NCBI GenBank assembly: GCA_022825385.1
Contig: JAJDWX010000033.1
Location: forward strand, 680 to 64,679
DNA length: 64,000 bases
From: Rhodothermales bacterium
GTDB lineage: Bacteria > Bacteroidota > Rhodothermia > Rhodothermales > VXPQ01
Reading direction: 5' to 3'
Shown here: positions 59,131 to 64,000 of the stretch, piece after piece
How the letters are laid out: each line of letters starts with the position of its first letter
Position numbering within the stretch: the stretch's first letter is position 1
The notes under the pieces: generated by a model
What the model was told of the DNA's origin: nothing
Databases searched by the model: none
What the model saw: only the letters and a program-made list of their open reading frames with translations
Program-made: the position numbers and the translations under genes

Positions 59131-60258
59131 CTACGCTGCGATATTTATAAGGCTCCGGGGCAAAGTCGTAAGCGTTTCTGCGCCGTCCTCGGTGATCGTC
59201 ACCATATCTTCGAGGCGAGCCCCCGCCGCGCCGGGCAGATAGATTCCCGGCTCGATGGTAAAGGTCATGCCCGGGCGCAAACGCATCGCATTGCCGTCTC
59301 GAATCCAGGGCGGCTCGTGAATCTCCAGCCCCAGGCCATGTCCGGTGCGGTGTATGAATCGGTCCCCGAAACCAGCCTCCTCGATCACGGCGCGGGCGGC
59401 CCGATCCACTTCCGAGGCAAGCGCGTCCGGCCCGGCGGCCTGCGTCGCCGCCTGCCGGGCGCGATCCACGATCTCGACGATTCGCCGCTCCGCGGGCCCC
59501 GCCTCGCCATACGTAAACATCCGCGTCATATCGGAAAAATACCCGTCCGCCTGCGCCCCCCAATCGCACAGGATCAAGTCGCCGGGACGCAATGCCCGCT
59601 CGCCCGGCGTCGCATGCGGATTGGCCGCGGAAGCCCCGAACGCCACAATGGGAGAAAAGGGCAGTTCGGGAGCGCACCCGGCGGCAAAGAGGCGGGCCGT
59701 CAACAGAGAAGCCACATCCCGTTCGGTCATGCCCGCTTCTATGGCGGGAAGGGTCTGCCGCATGGCCTCTTCGGCCATCTGCGCGGCCCGGCGCATGCAA
59801 GCGATTTCTTCGGCGTCCTTGCATATGCGCAGGGCAGCGAGCGCTTCGCTCCCGTCCGGGTACGTAGCCTCCGGCAAGGCTTCTTGCAACAGGCGAAGTT
59901 CGAGTACGCGCATGTTCCCGGATTCGACCCCGACGCGCTGTCCGTCCAGCCCGGCGGCGCGGGCGGCCTCCCGAAACGCCTTGCTCCAGGTCGCAGGGTC
60001 CTCTCCATACGTCCAGGCGCGCGCGGCGAACGGCAATCCGCGCAGTTTGCCCTCTTCCAGCTCGGGAAGCGCCATCGCCGGAGGGCCTTCCTGGCCAAAA
60101 AACGCCACCACGGGGCGTTCGCTCAAATGCAAATCCAGCCCGGACAAATACCGCATGGACGCGCCGGGAACGACCGCAAGCGCATGCAAGCCGCGGGAGG
60201 CCAACTGGCGCGCAAGGACTTGCTGACGGGCAGAAAAAAGGGATTCGGACATGGGCAT
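59131..60258 (-). CDS. M24-family Xaa-Pro aminopeptidase/dipeptidase
   Basis: HRTGHGLGLEIHEPP and FTIEPGIY motifs. Creatinase-like N-terminal domain. Confidence 0.9.
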   Translation of the reverse strand: MPMSESLFSARQQVLARQLASRGLHALAVVPGASMRYLSGLDLHLSERPVVAFFGQEGPPAMALPELEEGKLRGLPFAARAWTYGEDPATWSKAFREAARAAGLDGQRVGVESGNMRVLELRLLQEALPEATYPDGSEALAALRICKDAEEIACMRRAAQMAEEAMRQTLPAIEAGMTERDVASLLTARLFAAGCAPELPFSPIVAFGASAANPHATPGERALRPGDLILCDWGAQADGYFSDMTRMFTYGEAGPAERRIVEIVDRARQAATQAAGPDALASEVDRAARAVIEEAGFGDRFIHRTGHGLGLEIHEPPWIRDGNAMRLRPGMTFTIEPGIYLPGAAGARLEDMVTITEDGAETLTTLPRSLINIAA

Positions 60259-60299
60259 ACGACGCGAATAGGGAATTTTGGCGAAGCGACGGTGAAAAT

Positions 60300-60328
60300 T
60301 TGCGTAAAACGGCGTAAATGCCTACTTT
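60300..60328 (+). promoter_or_regulatory. candidate sigma-70-type promoter of hemA
   Basis: TTGCGT (60300-60305), 17-nt spacer, TACTTT (60323-60328), 62 nt before the hemA ATG. The downstream 12-mer TACTTTGTCAGG is identical to the one upstream of ffh. Confidence 0.3.
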
Positions 60329-60389
60329 GTCAGGATAGGGCTTTTTTCGCCCTCTTGGTTTACGCTTGTTGCAAGCCCTGCTTTCGACT

Positions 60390-61832
60390 ATGACATTTTA
60401 CGCATTGGGCGTCAATTATTCGCAGGCTCCCGTAGCGATCCGGGAAGCCTTCGCCTCGTCCTGGGAAGAGGGGCGCTCCGTGTATGGCGGCGTCGCGCTC
60501 CACGCGGGTTCCGAGCTGGTCCTCCTGTCCACCTGCAACCGTACGGAAGCCTACCTCTATGGAGCCGAGGAAGACGTCCGCGCCGTGCAGCAAGCGTTCG
60601 AGCGCCATGCAGGCCGCGCCTGGCCAAAAGATATGTCCTTTTTGCATCGGGACGAAGAAGCGATCCGGCATATTTTCGAGGTGGCCGCCGGCATGAAGTC
60701 CATGGTGCCGGGCGACGTGCATATTTATTTCCAGCTCAAGAAGGCGTACGCCGTCGCGGTAGAAGAGGAGCGCGTCGAGACGACCATGCACCGCCTCTTG
60801 CACACAGCCTTCCGAACCGCCAAGCGGGTTATCAACGAGACGGAGCTGTCCCATAACAATGCTTCCGTGCCGATGCGGGCGGCGGAAGCCATCCGTTCCT
60901 GGATATCCCGGACGCAGGGCGAAGCCCGCAAGGAAACCGCCGCCTCGCCGGGCGTACTGGTTGTCGGCGCGGGGCAGATTGGACAGGAAACGGCGGAAGC
61001 GTTGCAGATGCTGGGGATAGCGCGGCTTTCGTTTACGAACCGGACAGAGGAACGCGCGCGCAAGGCGGCCGAACGATATCGGGCGAACTGCGTCCCATGG
61101 AAAGACCGTCACGCCGCTGCCGCGCAGGCGGACGCCGTGATCGTGGCTACCTCGGCGCCGGACCCCGTGCTGCGTCGGGAAGCGTTTGCAATGGAAACAA
61201 GCGGCGCGCCGCGCTTGCTCGTCGATATTTCCGTGCCGCGCGGCGCGGACGAAGCGATTGGCGCGCTGCCCCAGATCGAACTCGTTACCATAGACCAACT
61301 CGGCAAAGCCGAAACGAGAACGCAGGAGACGCTCCAGGCTTCGCTGGACAAGGCGGGCGAAATCGTGGACCAGATGATCGCCGAATATGTCTCCTGGGTA
61401 TTCCTGCATCAATCGTTGCAACCGGCTATTCAGGCTATTGCGAAAACGTTCGAAGCCATTCGGGCGCAGGAAGTAGACAAATATCGGCAGCGCTTTTCCA
61501 AAGACGGCGAGGAGCAACTGGACCAGCTCACCCGCTCGATCGTGCAGAAATTGCTGGCGGTGCCAGTGGTTCGCCTGAAAAGCGTCGATCCCGAACGCAT
61601 TGACTTCTCCCATGGGGTGCGTTTGCTCCAGCACCTTTTCCTGCGAGAGGATTGCGACGAAGAAGAGGCCCCTGCGGCGACGAGCCCGTCCCGCCCGAAC
61701 GCCGAAAACCCCGCCGCGCGCCCGGCAGACGCATCGCCTGCGGACTGTCCGATGGAGGATATGGAGCGCCGCGCGGACGATGTGTTGCGAATGCCTTCCC
61801 GGGATGCGGATACCGTCCGTCATGCATCGTAA
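60390..61832 (+). CDS. hemA: glutamyl-tRNA reductase with ~60-aa low-complexity C-terminal tail
   Basis: Start at ATG 60390 (MTFYALGVNYSQAPVAIRE). Motifs LSTCNRTE and VVGAGQIG. Confidence 0.93.
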   Translation: MTFYALGVNYSQAPVAIREAFASSWEEGRSVYGGVALHAGSELVLLSTCNRTEAYLYGAEEDVRAVQQAFERHAGRAWPKDMSFLHRDEEAIRHIFEVAAGMKSMVPGDVHIYFQLKKAYAVAVEEERVETTMHRLLHTAFRTAKRVINETELSHNNASVPMRAAEAIRSWISRTQGEARKETAASPGVLVVGAGQIGQETAEALQMLGIARLSFTNRTEERARKAAERYRANCVPWKDRHAAAAQADAVIVATSAPDPVLRREAFAMETSGAPRLLVDISVPRGADEAIGALPQIELVTIDQLGKAETRTQETLQASLDKAGEIVDQMIAEYVSWVFLHQSLQPAIQAIAKTFEAIRAQEVDKYRQRFSKDGEEQLDQLTRSIVQKLLAVPVVRLKSVDPERIDFSHGVRLLQHLFLREDCDEEEAPAATSPSRPNAENPAARPADASPADCPMEDMERRADDVLRMPSRDADTVRHAS

Positions 61833-62790
61833 CCGCGCGACCCCGCCTGTACGCCATGCCGCTTCGCTGAAGATCGGAACAAGGGCCAGCCCCCTTGCGC
61901 GGCGGCAGGCCGCCATGGTGCGGGACCGGCTGGCCGCGGAAGGGCGCCTCGCGGAACTATGCGAAATCACGACGACGGGCGACCGCATCCTCGACAAGCC
62001 GCTCGCCAACATAAACAGTCAGGCGCTATTTACGAAGGAGCTGGACGAGGCGCTGCTCGGCGGCGCAATCGACCTGGCCGTGCATTCGCTGAAAGACTGG
62101 CCGACGGAAACGCCGCAAGGCCTGGTCGTCGGGGCCATCAGTGCGCGAGAAGACCCGTCGGATGCGTTCGTGGGCCATCCGGAGTATTCGGGAGGATTCG
62201 CGGACCTGCCTGAAGGGGCCGCGCTGGCGACGTCCTCTCCCCGGAGGCAAGCCCAGCTGCTGGCCTGGCGACCCGATTTGCGCATCGAGCCGGTGCGCGG
62301 CAACGTGGGCACCCGGCTGCGCAAACTGGCGGAGGGCGCATGGACCGGTCTCGTACTGGCCGCCGCCGGACTGAAAAGGCTCAATATGGAAGAAGCCATT
62401 ACAGAGTGCATCCCGAAAGATATTATGCTCCCCGCGCCCGGCCAGGGGGCGCTCGGAATCGTTTGCGCGAACCGGAACGAACCGCTCCGGTCGCTGCTCC
62501 AGGAAACGGTGCACGACCCGCGCGCGGCGTGCGCCGTGCGGGCGGAAAGAAGTTTCCTGCGCGCCTTGCGCGGAGGATGCTCCGTCCCCGTGGGCGCATG
62601 GGGACGCCTTCGGGAAGGGCGTCTGGTTCTGGACGGGTGTATCGCTTCGATGGACGGCAAGCGAATATGCCGGGGACAGCGGACGGGGTCCGCCGCCGAA
62701 AGCCAAACCCTTGGCGCCGAACTGGCCGCCGAGTTGCTTGCGCAGGGGGGAAGGGAAATTCTTCAAGCGCTGCGCGCGCCGGGGCCATGA
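61822..62790 (+). CDS. hemC: hydroxymethylbilane synthase
   Basis: Start moved to ATG 61822 (11-nt overlap with hemA). Motifs LKIGTRASPLARRQA, RGNVGTRL, and the cofactor Cys context GGCSVPVG. Confidence 0.92.
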   Translation: MHRNRATPPVRHAASLKIGTRASPLARRQAAMVRDRLAAEGRLAELCEITTTGDRILDKPLANINSQALFTKELDEALLGGAIDLAVHSLKDWPTETPQGLVVGAISAREDPSDAFVGHPEYSGGFADLPEGAALATSSPRRQAQLLAWRPDLRIEPVRGNVGTRLRKLAEGAWTGLVLAAAGLKRLNMEEAITECIPKDIMLPAPGQGALGIVCANRNEPLRSLLQETVHDPRAACAVRAERSFLRALRGGCSVPVGAWGRLREGRLVLDGCIASMDGKRICRGQRTGSAAESQTLGAELAAELLAQGGREILQALRAPGP

Positions 62791-63536
62791 AAAGCAGGGT
62801 GCTTTTGCTGCGCTCCGGGGACACTGCTGCGGACAACCCGCCTGGCCAAGGCGCCGCCTGTCCCTGGGAAGCGGCGCTCCGGGCCGCCGGTTTCGAGGTC
62901 GCTACGCGCCCGCCGCTGGATTTCGAGTACGAAGCCCCGGAAACGTTGCGCCGCCTTGCAAATCCTCCGAACCGGTATGCGGGGTGGATTTTCACCAGTT
63001 CGCGCGCGGTAGCCGCCTTCGGCAAAGCGGTCGCCGCAAACGCAGCGGAAGGCAACGCATGGCGCGCGAAAAAAGTGTTTGCAGTAGGTCCGCGCACCGC
63101 CGCCGCCCTGCGTTCGCTCGGATACGAACCGGAAGGGGAGGCGACCGGGTCGGCGGAACCGTTGGCAAGGCACATCCTGAAACAAGCCGTCGGCGGCCCG
63201 TTGCTTTTCTTGTGCGGGGATCGAAGGCGAGACGCATTGCCCGCAATCTTGCGCGAGGCAGGGGTCGCCACGGAAGAAATCGTGGTCTATCGCACCCGTT
63301 TGCGTACGTTGCGCGCATGGCCTGGCCATAAAAAACCGGACTGGGTGGTGTTTTTCAGCCCTTCCGGCTTCGAAGCCCTGCTGCAGTCTCCCGGCTTGTC
63401 CCTCGAAGGCATCGCCTTCGCCGCCCTTGGCTCTGCGACGGCAGAGGCCGTCCGCGCCCAGGGCTTTGCCGTCCGGGCCGTCGCCGAAGCGCCTGCTCCG
63501 GAAGCCCTTGCCCAGGCCCTTTGCAAGGCGCATTAG
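62787..63536 (+). CDS. hemD: uroporphyrinogen-III synthase
   Basis: ATGA overlap with the hemC stop. 249 aa. HemD-like two-lobe layout (..WIFTSSRAV.., ..VVFFSPSG..) and its position in the hemACD cluster. Confidence 0.8.
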   Translation: MKSRVLLLRSGDTAADNPPGQGAACPWEAALRAAGFEVATRPPLDFEYEAPETLRRLANPPNRYAGWIFTSSRAVAAFGKAVAANAAEGNAWRAKKVFAVGPRTAAALRSLGYEPEGEATGSAEPLARHILKQAVGGPLLFLCGDRRRDALPAILREAGVATEEIVVYRTRLRTLRAWPGHKKPDWVVFFSPSGFEALLQSPGLSLEGIAFAALGSATAEAVRAQGFAVRAVAEAPAPEALAQALCKAH

Positions 63537-64000
63537 CCGCCTTGCCCGGAAACGTTCAATGCCTCGCGGAAGGCGTGGGCGGCGCGGGCCGGATCCTCCG
63601 CCGTCGTCACGCCGGTCATCACCGCCACGCCATGCGCTCCAGCGTCCAGAACGGGGGCGACCCGATCCACAGAAATCCCCCCGATAGCCAGGACCGGGAT
63701 GCGCGCCGCCGCGCAAACGCGCGCCAGATTCGCCAGCCCTTTTACGGAAGCCGCTCGCTCCTTGCTCGCCCCGGAAAACACCGGGCCGAATCCCACGTAA
63801 TCCGCGCCTGCTTCCTGCGCCGCCAGCGCTTCTTCGAGGGTCGTGGCCGTGCCGCCTATCGTGGCGGCGGGGCCGAGCAGGCGCCGGGCGTCCCGAACAG
63901 GCACATCGTCTTGCCCAAGATGTACGCCGTCGGCGCCGCAGGCAAGCGCAATATCCAGGCGATCATTGACAATGCAAGGCACGCCCCGTTCCCGGCATGC
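63533..64000 (-). CDS. thiE: thiamine-phosphate synthase, C-terminal part (5' end outside window)
   Basis: IVNDRLDIALACGADGVHLGQDD, IGGTA, and IPVLAIGGI motifs. The frame remains open to the window edge; the track start at 63982 is an internal GTG. Confidence 0.85.
   Translation of the reverse strand, partial: ACRERGVPCIVNDRLDIALACGADGVHLGQDDVPVRDARRLLGPAATIGGTATTLEEALAAQEAGADYVGFGPVFSGASKERAASVKGLANLARVCAAARIPVLAIGGISVDRVAPVLDAGAHGVAVMTGVTTAEDPARAAHAFREALNVSGQGG

Noticed and set aside
57296-60393. Long overlapping ORFs 57296-59824 (-) and 58240-60393 (+).
   Set aside because: They are antisense or out of frame to pepF (HELGH motif) and the M24 peptidase. Both are Arg/Gly-rich shadow ORFs.
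1-64000. Search for a novel multi-gene system (defence, toxin, secretion, biosynthetic) anywhere in the window.
   Set aside because: Every ORF above ~150 aa that respects neighbouring genes could be assigned to a housekeeping or common envelope family. I saw no nuclease, helicase, reverse transcriptase, Argonaute, STAND or cyclase-type gene and no cluster of unknowns. The only accessory modules are the HicAB-like pair and an IS relic.

Overview
GC-rich (roughly 60-65%) bacterial chromosomal segment. Gene content and synteny look like an FCB-group (Bacteroidota/Rhodothermota-like) genome; that placement is an inference. The window is dominated by tightly packed housekeeping genes: a PNP, ileS, a dksA-like gene, lspA, lepA, lepB, an rmlB-rmlA-rmlC-like operon, polA, two M16 peptidases, ffh, the rpsP-rimM-trmD-rplS cluster, smpB, tyrS, purK/purE, ftsK, gcvT, tyrA, clpC, proBA, hemACD, partial thiE and one tRNA-Leu(UAA). 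I found no rRNA, CRISPR array, prophage, or recognisable multi-gene defence or secondary-metabolite system. Accessory content is small: a ~0.7-kb AT-richer islet with a HicB/HicA-like toxin-antitoxin pair, a frameshifted IS256-family transposase relic next to a TonB-dependent receptor/DUF4249-like pair, and repeat-dense spacers between convergent genes. The most interesting signal is non-coding. Two ~256-bp copies (33634-33889 and 52827-53081, ~92% identical by hand alignment) of an element bounded by inverted repeats and flanked by TA differ largely in structure-preserving ways: a paired 1-nt deletion in a 21-22-bp stem and a compensatory T-A to C-G swap in an apical hairpin. The element also carries a 12-nt hypervariable block, and one copy splits purK from purE. 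It may be a MITE, a structured RNA, or both. Second-tier leads are a tandem-duplicated YjbQ/UPF0047-like protein closing the rml operon, a perfect 27-bp inverted repeat with iteron-like repeats at 22.3-22.6 kb, and an AT-rich 17-mer shared by two convergent spacers. All family assignments come from motif recognition by eye; no database search or folding program was run.
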